Below, in pieces: positions 28,082 to 38,041 of a stretch of DNA of 64,000 bases (position 1 is the stretch's first letter; the number at the start of each line of letters is the position of its first letter). This stretch comes from an uncultured virus (IMG/VR IMGVR_UViG_3300027708_000052) (Duplodnaviria; Heunggongvirae; Uroviricota; Caudoviricetes). The position numbers and the translations under genes are program-made. The stretch lies in IMG/VR virus record IMGVR_UViG_3300027708_000052, one strand, 5' to 3'. Under the pieces are notes generated by a model that saw only the letters and a program-made list of their open reading frames with translations, had not been told where the DNA came from and did not search any database.

Positions 28082-28912
28082 ATGTTTATAGTATTATTAA
28101 GTTTATCATCATTATTAGTTGCTGGTAGTGCTGCTTTCTTTTCAGTATTAGGTATAGCATCTTTATTTTCAGGATGTTACTATCAAGTAATGGTTATGGC
28201 TGGAGCATTAGAATTTGCAAAGCTTATTGCTACATCTTTTCTTTATCGTTATTGGCATAAAACTAATTTTATACTTCGTACATATCTCCTTATAGCGGTT
28301 GGTGTATTAATGATTATTACATCAGCTGGTATTTTTGGTTATCTTTCTTCAGCTTATCAGGTAATTGCATCTAAAAATTCTTTAGATGACAATAAAATAG
28401 CTTTAATAGAAAATCAAAAAGCATCAGTTAATGAAGAAATTTTAAGTGTACAGAGTCGTATTAACACGCTTAATGAAGCTAGAAAATCTCAAGAAAAAAG
28501 ATTACCTGATTTATCTTCAAGAGCTGCTAAACCCATTTACGATGATATTAAAGCTTCAAGTTTAGAAGTTGAAAAATTAACAGCAAGACTTCAAACACTT
28601 CAAACAACAAAATTTGAAAAGGATAACGATATTATATCTCTTAAAACAGATACAAGTAAAGCTAATGATATCGGTACATTTAAATTTGTTGCTACTTCTT
28701 TTAACGCACCTTTAGATGTGGTTGTTAAAATATTTATTTTAGTTCTTGTATCTGTATTTGATCCGTTATCGGTCAGTTTAGTACTAGCTCTTAATATTGC
28801 CTTAACTGGTAGTATGCTAAAAGAAATTAAAGAATCAAAGAAAAAAGAATTACCTTTACCTGATAATATTATTATTGGTAGAGGTCAGCATAATACTACT
28901 AATCATTTATAA
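28082..28912 (+). CDS. Multi-TM membrane protein with long coiled coil
   Basis: Three N-terminal TM segments (AFFSVLG...LEFAKL...ITSAGIFGYLS), coiled coil, C-terminal TM with VFDPL; a pattern common in large T4-like phages. Confidence 0.7.
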   Translation: MFIVLLSLSSLLVAGSAAFFSVLGIASLFSGCYYQVMVMAGALEFAKLIATSFLYRYWHKTNFILRTYLLIAVGVLMIITSAGIFGYLSSAYQVIASKNSLDDNKIALIENQKASVNEEILSVQSRINTLNEARKSQEKRLPDLSSRAAKPIYDDIKASSLEVEKLTARLQTLQTTKFEKDNDIISLKTDTSKANDIGTFKFVATSFNAPLDVVVKIFILVLVSVFDPLSVSLVLALNIALTGSMLKEIKESKKKELPLPDNIIIGRGQHNTTNHL

Positions 28913-29356
28913 TCCAAGATGCTTCTCAGTTAATATAGTAAATTCGTAATTTTTCTTTTTAGCCCACTGTTCAGCTGCAGCCCATTTAGCTCTATTTTTT
29001 ACATACTCAGCTTGTTTACGCATTAATGATTTTGTATTACGAGTTGCTTTAGGCGGTAAAGTTTGAATAGAAGGTTTAATTTCTATTAGATATTTTTTAA
29101 CTATACCTTCTTTTGTTTTAATTGTAATATTATTATCTACAAAATATCTAGATATTCTCCCTGTTAACGGATTCTGATATGGTATAATAATAGATTCAGA
29201 TCCCCAGGAAACAACATGAGGATTGTGATCTGCCCAACGCATAAATCTTAGTTCATAACTACTGCGATATATTATAGGGTGCGTGCCTTTATACTTGTCA
29301 ATATTATTAGGCTTAAAAAGACCTTGCTTAAACCTAACTGTGCGTTTTTTATTCAC
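28907..29356 (-). CDS. gp4: Head completion protein (TnsA-like endonuclease fold)
   Basis: KYKG...IIYRSSYE...WGSE...IPY...RYFVD...IEIKP...N-x-AKW-x-AA...ILTEKHL. Confidence 0.9.
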   Translation of the reverse strand: MNKKRTVRFKQGLFKPNNIDKYKGTHPIIYRSSYELRFMRWADHNPHVVSWGSESIIIPYQNPLTGRISRYFVDNNITIKTKEGIVKKYLIEIKPSIQTLPPKATRNTKSLMRKQAEYVKNRAKWAAAEQWAKKKNYEFTILTEKHLGL

Positions 29357-29668
29357 TTAGCATTTCCATCTTCTTCTTGCAGCACAACCTCTAGTATCCT
29401 TACCAGCACATCCTCCAGCAGGTATCCAAGCTTTGCTTCTAGCGCAAAAACTCTTTCTACGTTTAGAGGCTTTTGAACCTTTCTTAACTTTTCCAGTAAC
29501 AGGGGCTTTGAGGTGAGAACCAGTAGCACGGTTATATTTTGCTCTACCTTTAGCTGTTAATCCTCCACCTCGACTTACAGGTAATTTTTCACCACGCTTA
29601 ACAGAGAGACTAGGGCCGTTTTCTTCAAGTAACTCTTTTACTAATAAATCAAAGTTCATATTATCCAA
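29357..29668 (-). CDS. Small basic conserved phage protein (DUF6321-like)
   Basis: GGLTAKGRAKYNRATGSHLKAPVT...RRKSFCARS...RRWKC. Confidence 0.7.
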   Translation of the reverse strand: MDNMNFDLLVKELLEENGPSLSVKRGEKLPVSRGGGLTAKGRAKYNRATGSHLKAPVTGKVKKGSKASKRRKSFCARSKAWIPAGGCAGKDTRGCAARRRWKC

Positions 29669-30551
29669 TAAACCACATAGGTGGTGTTACATCCTCGTTT
29701 TCTTTTTTAAGTTCATCTTCAAGCCTATCTCTTTCAGCAATACCTTGTTGCATAAAATCTTGCGAATTAACTGAACCACCAGCAAATAAACCAGTACCAG
29801 AATATTTACCTCTAACGTTAGCAACAGTAATTTTACAAAGGGCTAAAACGTAACGATGTATCCATCTTTCATTAATAAGATCCTTAACCGGTCTTTCTAA
29901 ATAACATCCTACAATTCCAAGATAACTATTTAACGGAACTGGTTCAGGTATAATTCTAAGAATTTGAGTGCGAGGGTCAAAGCGGTAACGAGGTGTTTGT
30001 GCAAGTACCTTATCTCTTGTATCAATAAACTCCTTTAATATTTCCCAGGATGTTAAATCAAACCCAAAGTTACCAATCATATATGACGAGTAAATTTGTT
30101 GAGCCATAGCCTGTTCAAGAGTAAAGAGGGTATTAATACCTGTAGATTCTCCTACGTTAAATGAAAAACAGTCTAATACCCTTCTATAGGACTCAAGATC
30201 ATAGTCATAAGCACTACCAGACAATAAGGGTGCTGAAGTAGCGGACATAACATTACCGAGTGTACTGGAGTTAGTTTCCGGTGTTCTGTTAATCATTGTT
30301 GCAACATCTAAACCAACACCTGGTACGTATTTTTTAGAATCAAATACAAGATACTCTTCTGTATACCCGGCGTACTTTGTAAAATACTCCATAGCAATAG
30401 CTATGTTTTCATATATTTGTTCGTTAGATATTTCTATATTAACTAAAGGTTCACCCAACTGACGACGAATCCTTATAGCTAAGGAATCATAACTAACGAT
30501 CTTATTATTAAGCTGAGTAGAGCCAGTTGTATATCTTGGAAGAACGTTCAT
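29661..30551 (-). CDS. gp13: Neck protein
   Basis: IRRQLGEPLVNIEI, W-x2-RYVLALCK, KYSG-x-LFAGG-x-VN, ends PPMWFIG. Confidence 0.85.
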   Translation of the reverse strand: MNVLPRYTTGSTQLNNKIVSYDSLAIRIRRQLGEPLVNIEISNEQIYENIAIAMEYFTKYAGYTEEYLVFDSKKYVPGVGLDVATMINRTPETNSSTLGNVMSATSAPLLSGSAYDYDLESYRRVLDCFSFNVGESTGINTLFTLEQAMAQQIYSSYMIGNFGFDLTSWEILKEFIDTRDKVLAQTPRYRFDPRTQILRIIPEPVPLNSYLGIVGCYLERPVKDLINERWIHRYVLALCKITVANVRGKYSGTGLFAGGSVNSQDFMQQGIAERDRLEDELKKENEDVTPPMWFIG

Positions 30552-30569
30552 GTATGATTATTTAATCTT

Positions 30570-31265
30570 TTATAAGCCGTAATAACCGTACGGATTTCCT
30601 TGATTACCGGTTTGATTCTGATCTATAACTTGTTCAGCATCTATATTGGCATTATCTGGATACGGTTGAGTTACAGTAGGTATACTATTACCTCCAGGTA
30701 GTAATCCATAATCACCAGCGTCATTAATTTGCACATTAACAGGCTCGTGTGGTGCTCCTGGTTCGGAAGAATTCTCCCAACGTTTACATTTTATAACCCA
30801 GATGTAGTGTCCCATAAGGGTGTTAGCAAACATGGGTAAATTTTGATCATCACGTTCTGTTACTTCATAAATAGAGGCCCCTCTTCCGCCCGGTCGATCT
30901 CCAGCACCTCCATACTCTGATAATTCAATTAAGTCTCCGGATTTAGGTTCTCTTCCCGGTCCAAACGTATTATAAAAACCTGATATATGAACAACAGCTG
31001 TCATATCGCAGTCAGCCATAATACCAAACTTAGAAAGCATTATAGCGTCGTTTGTTATATCGGTTAACATAATAACCGGTCCTGTTTCTATAAATGTAGA
31101 TGTTGGGTCTTCACCGTAAAGAAAATTTTGTGTAGATAAAGTATAACCGTTAGTATAGTAATTTACCTGTACACCGTAATGCTGAATTTGTTCGTACCAC
31201 CAACTACTAAAATTATTACGTTCATTAGACGTAATACCTTTATTAAGATAACGAACTTGTTCCAT
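30570..31265 (-). CDS. gp14: Neck protein
   Basis: EQIQHYG-x2-V-x-Y, LYGEDP, LSKFGI, PKSGDLI, NPYG C-terminus; adjacent to gp13. Confidence 0.75.
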   Translation of the reverse strand: MEQVRYLNKGITSNERNNFSSWWYEQIQHYGVQVNYYTNGYTLSTQNFLYGEDPTSTFIETGPVIMLTDITNDAIMLSKFGIMADCDMTAVVHISGFYNTFGPGREPKSGDLIELSEYGGAGDRPGGRGASIYEVTERDDQNLPMFANTLMGHYIWVIKCKRWENSSEPGAPHEPVNVQINDAGDYGLLPGGNSIPTVTQPYPDNANIDAEQVIDQNQTGNQGNPYGYYGL

Positions 31266-31266
31266 A

Positions 31267-31878
31267 TTATATGGTGCTTAGTTTTTTAATGCCTTTTTTA
31301 AGAGACATTCTCTTATATGTACTCTTTTTATACTTAGCGGGGTCTCCAAGTTTTTCTAAACTGTGTCTAGATTCACCTAATTTACGAGGTTTGCGTAGCC
31401 ATTTTTCATAAAATGGATGATAAACATTACCCCACTTATCTAAAAAATTTTCATCTTGTTCAAACGGTTTATTAGATTCTCTTGTTGTAGGTATATAGTG
31501 AAGAGGATGAGTAGTATTAGGTGCTCTTCTATCGTTAATAACTTTTATACAGTTTAAAATTCTTTCACTTAAAATATCATCCAAATTATATGTATTAAGT
31601 TTAACATAAACTGTTATTGGACAAAACTTAGAACTATCTTTTTGCAAAATAGGCCCTACAACTACATAATCAAAAACACGAGTTTTTACTGATTCGTTTT
31701 CAGCAGCATTAATAGCATCAATATCCATTAAAATTTGAGAACGAACACCAGGTACCATTTTTGGGTCTCCTCCTACTTGTTCCGAATAAAAGACTGTAGG
31801 GTCTAATTCATTAGGATTAATAGGGTTAGTGTGATGTTTTAAATATTCGTCTTTATATTCATTTTCAAACAAATTCAT
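31267..31878 (-). CDS. Degenerate nucleotidyltransferase-like protein; start revised from 31923 to the ATG at 31878
   Basis: In-frame ATG preceded by TAAATA; the extra 5' part of the tracked ORF overlaps a terminator hairpin. Confidence 0.5.
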   Translation of the reverse strand: MNLFENEYKDEYLKHHTNPINPNELDPTVFYSEQVGGDPKMVPGVRSQILMDIDAINAAENESVKTRVFDYVVVGPILQKDSSKFCPITVYVKLNTYNLDDILSERILNCIKVINDRRAPNTTHPLHYIPTTRESNKPFEQDENFLDKWGNVYHPFYEKWLRKPRKLGESRHSLEKLGDPAKYKKSTYKRMSLKKGIKKLSTI

Positions 31879-31902
31879 AATAGTATTTAAGCTAATTTTG
31901 TA

Positions 31903-31933
31903 AATAGAAATAGCCCCTATCACTAGGGGCTAT
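31903..31933 (-). terminator. Rho-independent terminator
   Basis: 10-bp stem atagccccta/taggggctat (31910-31933), 4-nt loop, T-rich tail on the minus strand. Confidence 0.75.
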
Positions 31934-31960
31934 CTATAAAGTATTAAGAAGTTTTATTTC

Positions 31961-32779
31961 TTACTTGAAGAAATCCCCAACTTTAATTGAAGATGACTTA
32001 GGATTGAACTTCTTGGTATTCTGTAAACCTTTATCGGTTGGAGGAAGCTCTGTTGTGTCGGGCTTGATCTTAATTGTACCGTTGATAGCTTTACCGGTTG
32101 TGGTCTTTACACCACCAACGTTAAACTTGCCTTTAGGTCCTACTAATCCTTTTGAGAGTTTAGCAGTATCAACTAAAGCGTGTCCTTCCTCCTCAGCTTC
32201 ATCAGTAGCAAGCGACTCTTCAAAAGGCTCTTCTTCGCCTTCTTCTTCGCCACCAGCTTCATGTTCTTCAGTCTCTTCAGCTTCACTTTCGCCAGACTCG
32301 TGTAATTTATCGAGAATGGATTGAAGGTGTTCGATGACGGACTTAAGATCAGAAACGAGATCAGTTACTTCATCTTTATTACCACCGATTTCATCGGCCA
32401 TATCCTCATCGGTAACGGGCAATTCTTCATCGGCATGTTCAGTACCTTCAACTGCTGAATCTTCAGCAAAGTCTTCAGTAAGTGTGGATTTAAAGAGCTT
32501 TTCAAAAGCTCCTTCGTATTTGTTTGATGTATTCATATTTTCTTGAACCTTTGTGTTTTTTGTACCTTTTCTTTTAACAGTAGAAAGTTTTGTATTTTCA
32601 ACGGGCTTCTTAATCTTAACTCTTTCGGTTCCACGACCTTTGGCAAGTGGCTCTATTTCAACTTCAGAATTAGGAAGGATATGAAGATTCTTTTTGTTAG
32701 AAGCTACATTATCTTTACCTTCATTAAGAAGGATGTTATTGGAATAGATATCTGAGAGATCAGTGAAGGTGTTTTTCAT
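31961..32779 (-). CDS. Acidic, probably abundant prohead/internal protein
   Basis: Glu-rich tracts, C/G-ending codon enrichment like gp22/gp23, own TAAATA and terminator. Confidence 0.55.
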   Translation of the reverse strand: MKNTFTDLSDIYSNNILLNEGKDNVASNKKNLHILPNSEVEIEPLAKGRGTERVKIKKPVENTKLSTVKRKGTKNTKVQENMNTSNKYEGAFEKLFKSTLTEDFAEDSAVEGTEHADEELPVTDEDMADEIGGNKDEVTDLVSDLKSVIEHLQSILDKLHESGESEAEETEEHEAGGEEEGEEEPFEESLATDEAEEEGHALVDTAKLSKGLVGPKGKFNVGGVKTTTGKAINGTIKIKPDTTELPPTDKGLQNTKKFNPKSSSIKVGDFFK

Positions 32780-32829
32780 ATAAGGTTGTAATTATATTTA
32801 TTCTATTTGTAGCTTTTTTTAAGTGTAAA

Positions 32830-34155
32830 TTAAAAAGTTTTATTAAAAAATGGGCTTGTAAGAGCAGCTGGTGTGAAATTAGTATCATAGCTTGTTCTTA
32901 ATATCTTAGCGTTTTTTGTACTAGTTGGTAAACATAAAATAGAACCATTATATAAGTTAATAGCACCGGTATAAGTACCTGTTATAGATGAAAGTTTTAT
33001 AGTTGTATTAGTTTCTAAATTATAGATAATAGCGCTTGCTCCTGAGTTAAGAGGTAATAGTAGAACTCTACCGTCAGGTAGTAATGTTATAGCTCCGTAA
33101 TAATCTGTTGTAGTACTACCTGTAAAAAAGTTAACTGTTGTAGTACTAGTTAGCGTATCATCAATTGGGTTGTATATTTTAGCACCACCGCAACTTGGAT
33201 CATTAGGAGCTATAAAAACACGACCGTCTAATAAAACTTGACCTAAATAAAAACTATTTGTTGTGATAGGGTAATACGCGTTAGATTGTACCGGGGCAGA
33301 TAAATCGTATGAATATAATTCAGCTATATTCTCATTATTACTTGGAATTCTATAAACTCTACCATCTGGTAATAGTACACAAGACCGAGAACTACGATTA
33401 AACTTCATACCTTGTGTGAATGTATTAGTTGTATAGTCATATATAATACATGGTATATTAGGGGAATTTGGACTTATAAAGACTTTATTATTAAAAAGTA
33501 AAGTATAAGAAGAGTATTTTGACCAATCTACTGTCAAAGGAGGAGAGAGAGGGTTCCATGTAGCAGTTGCTAAAAGACTAACAGGGTCAAAGCAAACAGG
33601 TGCACTACTTCCACTTGATGGAACTATTAATACTTTTCCATTTGGTAATAAAATACCTCCACCTTTAGAATTAATTCCTAATGCTACTGCTGTTGTAGAT
33701 TTATTAGTTCTTGAGTCATATATAAAACTAGATATACCGTCTGGTGTTGTGCAAAAAACTCTACCGTCAGGTAGAAGTGTACCGCCTCGCAAAGGAGTGT
33801 TCAATACAGCACCTGTATCAGTTACTAATTCTGTGTTAGGGAACGGTGTATTAATATGATTTATATATTGAAAATAATTCGTTACCCCGTAATTGTTTAA
33901 ACTACCGTTATGCCAGGGTGGAAAATAACTTTGTCTAGCACTTACTACTCCTGTAAAAGTTGTTACAACGTTAATACCACTAACACCATAAACAGGGGAT
34001 GTTATACCGATATCGGGCTGTAATGATTTAGTAACGCTAGCAGATAGAATAGTTAAAAAACTATCAATCTGATCAAAATTATTATTAAAAGTATCGACAG
34101 AGTCCCCGATAACGTCTGTGCCTTCTATTGTTTGTATATTAATATTAAAACTCAT
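32830..34155 (-). CDS. Fibre/RBP with Kelch-like beta-propeller
   Basis: IGDSVDTFNNNF anchor; repeated LLPDGRV/LPNGKV...YD/YN blades; ends LTSPFFNKTF. Confidence 0.7.
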   Translation of the reverse strand: MSFNINIQTIEGTDVIGDSVDTFNNNFDQIDSFLTILSASVTKSLQPDIGITSPVYGVSGINVVTTFTGVVSARQSYFPPWHNGSLNNYGVTNYFQYINHINTPFPNTELVTDTGAVLNTPLRGGTLLPDGRVFCTTPDGISSFIYDSRTNKSTTAVALGINSKGGGILLPNGKVLIVPSSGSSAPVCFDPVSLLATATWNPLSPPLTVDWSKYSSYTLLFNNKVFISPNSPNIPCIIYDYTTNTFTQGMKFNRSSRSCVLLPDGRVYRIPSNNENIAELYSYDLSAPVQSNAYYPITTNSFYLGQVLLDGRVFIAPNDPSCGGAKIYNPIDDTLTSTTTVNFFTGSTTTDYYGAITLLPDGRVLLLPLNSGASAIIYNLETNTTIKLSSITGTYTGAINLYNGSILCLPTSTKNAKILRTSYDTNFTPAALTSPFFNKTF

Positions 34156-34163
34156 ATATTATA

Positions 34164-36629
34164 TTAGTAAGTAGCGTTATTAAAAAACGGACCAGATAAA
34201 GCTGCAAAATCAAAATTTCTTTGATGATACGTATAAATTAATTTACCTGTAGTGCCAAGATAATAAGGTGGAATAAACAAATAACCATTTCTTAATAAAA
34301 ATGAACCTATTAATTTGTTTACATTTACATATTCAGTTACATCGTTCACTGGATCGTATATTAATGATTTAGATGCTTCATAAGCCGGTATGAATATTCT
34401 TCCGTCAGGTAATAATGAACCTCCAGCATAAGGACCGGACCCTGCTGATCCTACCGTTTCAAATTTATCCCTTGTAGTAGATGTAAGTGTGTCATTTTTA
34501 TAATTGTATATATAACCACACGGTATTGAATTACCAGCATGAGGTGTGGTAAAAATACGTCCATCAGGTAACATACAACCACCAAGTCGGTTTTGACCAG
34601 TTGCTGGATAAATTGCATTTGAAACTATAAACATATTAGTTTTTAATGAGTAAATATAACCTCTATCTATACCGTTTGAATTAATGGTAGTGCACGGTAA
34701 CCTATATACATTACCGTTAGGTAAAAGTAGAGATGTATATGAACCACCTATAGGGGTGTTACTTGAATAATATGTTGTATCTAAGATTGGATCGTAAATT
34801 AAAGCAGATGTGTTGCTTTTGCATGGGTTAATATAAACTTTACCATCAGGTAATAAAGTACCACCATAGTATGCATAATCATTAGATGTACTCCAATTAC
34901 CATTACATGTAAGTATTGCATTATTTATTGGGTTATATATTTTACCTGGTTTGTTTTTAGTACTTGGTATTAATAATATACGACCGTCAGCCATTAATAC
35001 ACCTGAAGAGCTAAATATACCTTGATTTTTATCAGGGTAGTTAGCGGGCTGTATAGTGTCAGTTAAAGGATCATATATAGCAGCTTTACCTACTGTATAA
35101 TTACTTTGAGAACAATATACCCTACCATCGGCCATTAGTACCCCGCTTTCTATACCTTGAGGAAATACTGCGCTACAATCAAATATAGTTGTTGTACCGG
35201 ACATAGGCGGGTTAATAGAAACCACATCTTGTATATGTTTTAAAAGTTTATCATTTTTTGTAATTTGCTGATGAGTAACGTTAGGTAAAGTTAACGGGTA
35301 GACATCATAAGTTTGAGCTCCTGTTGTATGAATACGATTATCCGAGTATGTTGAATCAATAAACTCCATAGACATAGTACCACCAGGAAAATATACATCT
35401 TTATAATATGGTGCGCCAGCTCCATAATAGTTCTGTGCAAGCTTTATAGAAATGTCAGGGTCGGTTGATTTAACATTTTTCCATGTAGTTGAATCTCCTA
35501 TATCAACTAATTTTGTCTTAATACCACCTACAACACTGTAAATAGTAGACCCGTAAATAGTACCCCAACCGTCGTTTGGAGCATAACTAAAAGCTCCTGT
35601 TTTATATTTTAAACGATAATAACCGGCATCTAAATCAGCTTGTATACCTAGGGTATTTTTAAAATATGTATGAACATTGCTATAAGCGTTCATAGTAATA
35701 TTACCTTTTAAAGCACCAAGTTTTGCTAAAGGAACGGAAGCGTTAGTTGTATCAATTGTTTTGGTTGTTGGTATATTTTCTATTATTGTATTTGTATTTG
35801 TTACTTTTTTTGTTTGAAAAACTTCTACATCCTTTAGATGAGATCTTGTATCCCAAATTATCTTACCAGTAGAATTTTTTACTACTACTGCCCACCCAGC
35901 TGGGTTTTCTTTCCAAGTACCAGCTCCTTTAAAATTAGTTGCTTCAAAATACAATACATGATAACCTTTTAATAAATACACTGTTTTTTTTGATATAGCA
36001 TTATTAGAAAATGATTGTGTATAAAAAACTGATTCAATATTATGATCACCATTTTTATTAAAATTATCTATTTTTAATGTTAATGAATTATCGGCTTGAC
36101 CTTCAAACATATAATTACCATCATTTGGTATATATATGCTACGTTCAATTTTCATTAATTGATTAATGTATATATGATCATTTGTTGGTGGAGCAACCCA
36201 TACAGCGTATGAATTCATAAACTGATCCCAAGAGAGGTGTTCTACAGGAAACACCTCTCTTGACTTACCTGAAAATGTATCTTTCATTGATGTAACAGTT
36301 TCTGTTTTTGTAACTTCTTCTGTATCATTAGCTGTTTCACTAGTAAATGTTGTAATGATATTTGTTAATGGTATATTGTTATCGTTAACATGCCAAGGTG
36401 GGCATATATTTTCATCTAACACAAAAGCAGCGCCACCCTTAAACAAAGATGTTGTAGAATTTAAATTATAACCAGCTACAACAGAAGTAATTTCTTTAGA
36501 TGGTAAGTTTTTTGTTAATCCGCTTATTGTACAAAGAGCTGTATCAAGACTATCGTTATTTTTATTAATAACTTTAATAGAATTAAATAAACATTGATTT
36601 TCGTCTATAGTATCTGTAAAATTGCTCAT
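34164..36629 (-). CDS. Fibre/RBP with PA14-like insert and Kelch-like propeller
   Basis: CLFNSIKVINKNN anchor variant; GNYMFEGQADNS...NPAGWA insert; LMADGR/LLPDG blades; ends LSGPFFNNATY. Confidence 0.7.
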   Translation of the reverse strand: MSNFTDTIDENQCLFNSIKVINKNNDSLDTALCTISGLTKNLPSKEITSVVAGYNLNSTTSLFKGGAAFVLDENICPPWHVNDNNIPLTNIITTFTSETANDTEEVTKTETVTSMKDTFSGKSREVFPVEHLSWDQFMNSYAVWVAPPTNDHIYINQLMKIERSIYIPNDGNYMFEGQADNSLTLKIDNFNKNGDHNIESVFYTQSFSNNAISKKTVYLLKGYHVLYFEATNFKGAGTWKENPAGWAVVVKNSTGKIIWDTRSHLKDVEVFQTKKVTNTNTIIENIPTTKTIDTTNASVPLAKLGALKGNITMNAYSNVHTYFKNTLGIQADLDAGYYRLKYKTGAFSYAPNDGWGTIYGSTIYSVVGGIKTKLVDIGDSTTWKNVKSTDPDISIKLAQNYYGAGAPYYKDVYFPGGTMSMEFIDSTYSDNRIHTTGAQTYDVYPLTLPNVTHQQITKNDKLLKHIQDVVSINPPMSGTTTIFDCSAVFPQGIESGVLMADGRVYCSQSNYTVGKAAIYDPLTDTIQPANYPDKNQGIFSSSGVLMADGRILLIPSTKNKPGKIYNPINNAILTCNGNWSTSNDYAYYGGTLLPDGKVYINPCKSNTSALIYDPILDTTYYSSNTPIGGSYTSLLLPNGNVYRLPCTTINSNGIDRGYIYSLKTNMFIVSNAIYPATGQNRLGGCMLPDGRIFTTPHAGNSIPCGYIYNYKNDTLTSTTRDKFETVGSAGSGPYAGGSLLPDGRIFIPAYEASKSLIYDPVNDVTEYVNVNKLIGSFLLRNGYLFIPPYYLGTTGKLIYTYHQRNFDFAALSGPFFNNATY

Positions 36630-38035
36630 TAGTAAGTTTTGTTAAAGAACGGGCTTGTTAATACATTTAAGGAAAAATTCTTTTGATAATAAAAGCGTGC
36701 AATTTGTACGAAATTTGGGTACCCGGCGCATATAATATTTCCATTAGAAAGTAGATGAACACCTGCCCAGCGCAAGCCAGTAATATTTGGTACGTTAAGA
36801 GCTAAATCAGAAGCTGGATCATAGACAGTACATGTGTTACCGCTTCCATTCCAGTTTATTAAAAACAATCTACCGTCCGGTAAAAGAGTGCATCCTCCGT
36901 AATAAAGACTATATGTATCAAACGAACTATTAAAAAAACCAACCGATGTTGTTGCTTTCAGAGTATCGGTAATAGGGTCGTATATTCTAGCACCTTTACA
37001 ACCTGGATCATTAGGAGCCATAAAAACGCGCCCGTCTATTAATAATCTTGCAGGTAGCCATCCAGATTCACTCTTTGAAAATGTTCCGCCAACTGGACTA
37101 AACTTATTAGTTTTGTAATTGTAAATATAAGCTGTTGTTCCTACTGTACCTGGAAAAGATTTCCAGCCTCCTGGTACTCTATAAACATTACCATCAAGCA
37201 TTGTTACACAAGACGCCGATCTACCGTTAGCAAGATTATCAGAATATATAGTAGTATTGGTTACTGGGTCGTAAATAATAGCGTAATCTTTTTCACTAGT
37301 AGGGTTACAAAAAACATTACCATTTGGTAATAAAGCTGAATTATAAAATGCATACTTGTTATTAGTCTTCCATGTACCGCCACAGTATGTGACTTTATCT
37401 GTTTGAGGGTCATACATAGCACCTGCACTGCTTTGATCACTAGGTGTTAAAAATACTCTACCGTCAGCCATTAAAACACCACCACAACTACGTAACCCGG
37501 TTGCTCCTGCTGCTGCAGTAAATGTATCAGTTGATGGATCATAAATAGCTGATGTACCTGAACCGTAATTTGATCGTGAAAAATACACTCTGCCGTCAGC
37601 TAAGGTTATAGCTCCTTCAACATCCCCCGCAACAGTATTATTAGCTTTAGAAGGTATAATAGTTATAGCATTTTGCATTGGGGGATTAAACTCTGCTACA
37701 TCTTTTAAATATTTTAAATATTCTGTTTTACGTGTAAAAATTTGAGATATTCTATTATCGCCTATTTCTTGATAGAGTGGTAATCCGGTTTGCCCAAGAT
37801 GCCATTGTGGGCAAGTAGGCTGGGAAATAGTTACTGAGCGGTTAGTGGTAGTTACAGCGTTAGTATTAAAACCGCCACCAATATACGTTACATTGCCTTT
37901 TTGAACACCTGTTAAAGACTGATATATAGATTCAGCACCATTAGAAAGATTATTAAAATTATTATTAATATCGTCTAATGTTTCACCGAGAAAACGATTC
38001 GGGTCAATCTGTACGGTGAAATTACAATCAGACAT
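36629..38035 (-). CDS. Fibre/RBP with Kelch-like propeller
   Basis: FLGETLDDINNNF anchor; LADGRV/LLPDGR blades; ends LTSPFFNKTY. Confidence 0.7.
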   Translation of the reverse strand: MSDCNFTVQIDPNRFLGETLDDINNNFNNLSNGAESIYQSLTGVQKGNVTYIGGGFNTNAVTTTNRSVTISQPTCPQWHLGQTGLPLYQEIGDNRISQIFTRKTEYLKYLKDVAEFNPPMQNAITIIPSKANNTVAGDVEGAITLADGRVYFSRSNYGSGTSAIYDPSTDTFTAAAGATGLRSCGGVLMADGRVFLTPSDQSSAGAMYDPQTDKVTYCGGTWKTNNKYAFYNSALLPNGNVFCNPTSEKDYAIIYDPVTNTTIYSDNLANGRSASCVTMLDGNVYRVPGGWKSFPGTVGTTAYIYNYKTNKFSPVGGTFSKSESGWLPARLLIDGRVFMAPNDPGCKGARIYDPITDTLKATTSVGFFNSSFDTYSLYYGGCTLLPDGRLFLINWNGSGNTCTVYDPASDLALNVPNITGLRWAGVHLLSNGNIICAGYPNFVQIARFYYQKNFSLNVLTSPFFNKTY

Positions 38036-38041
38036 AAACTA

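Noticed and set aside
28907..29356. TnsA-like endonuclease as a transposon or homing element
   Set aside because: Motifs and position match T4 gp4 head-completion protein; no terminal repeats or other transposition genes.
31879..31923. 5' extension of the tracked ORF 31267..31923
   Set aside because: It overlaps a terminator hairpin and a TAAATA motif; the ATG at 31878 is the more plausible start.
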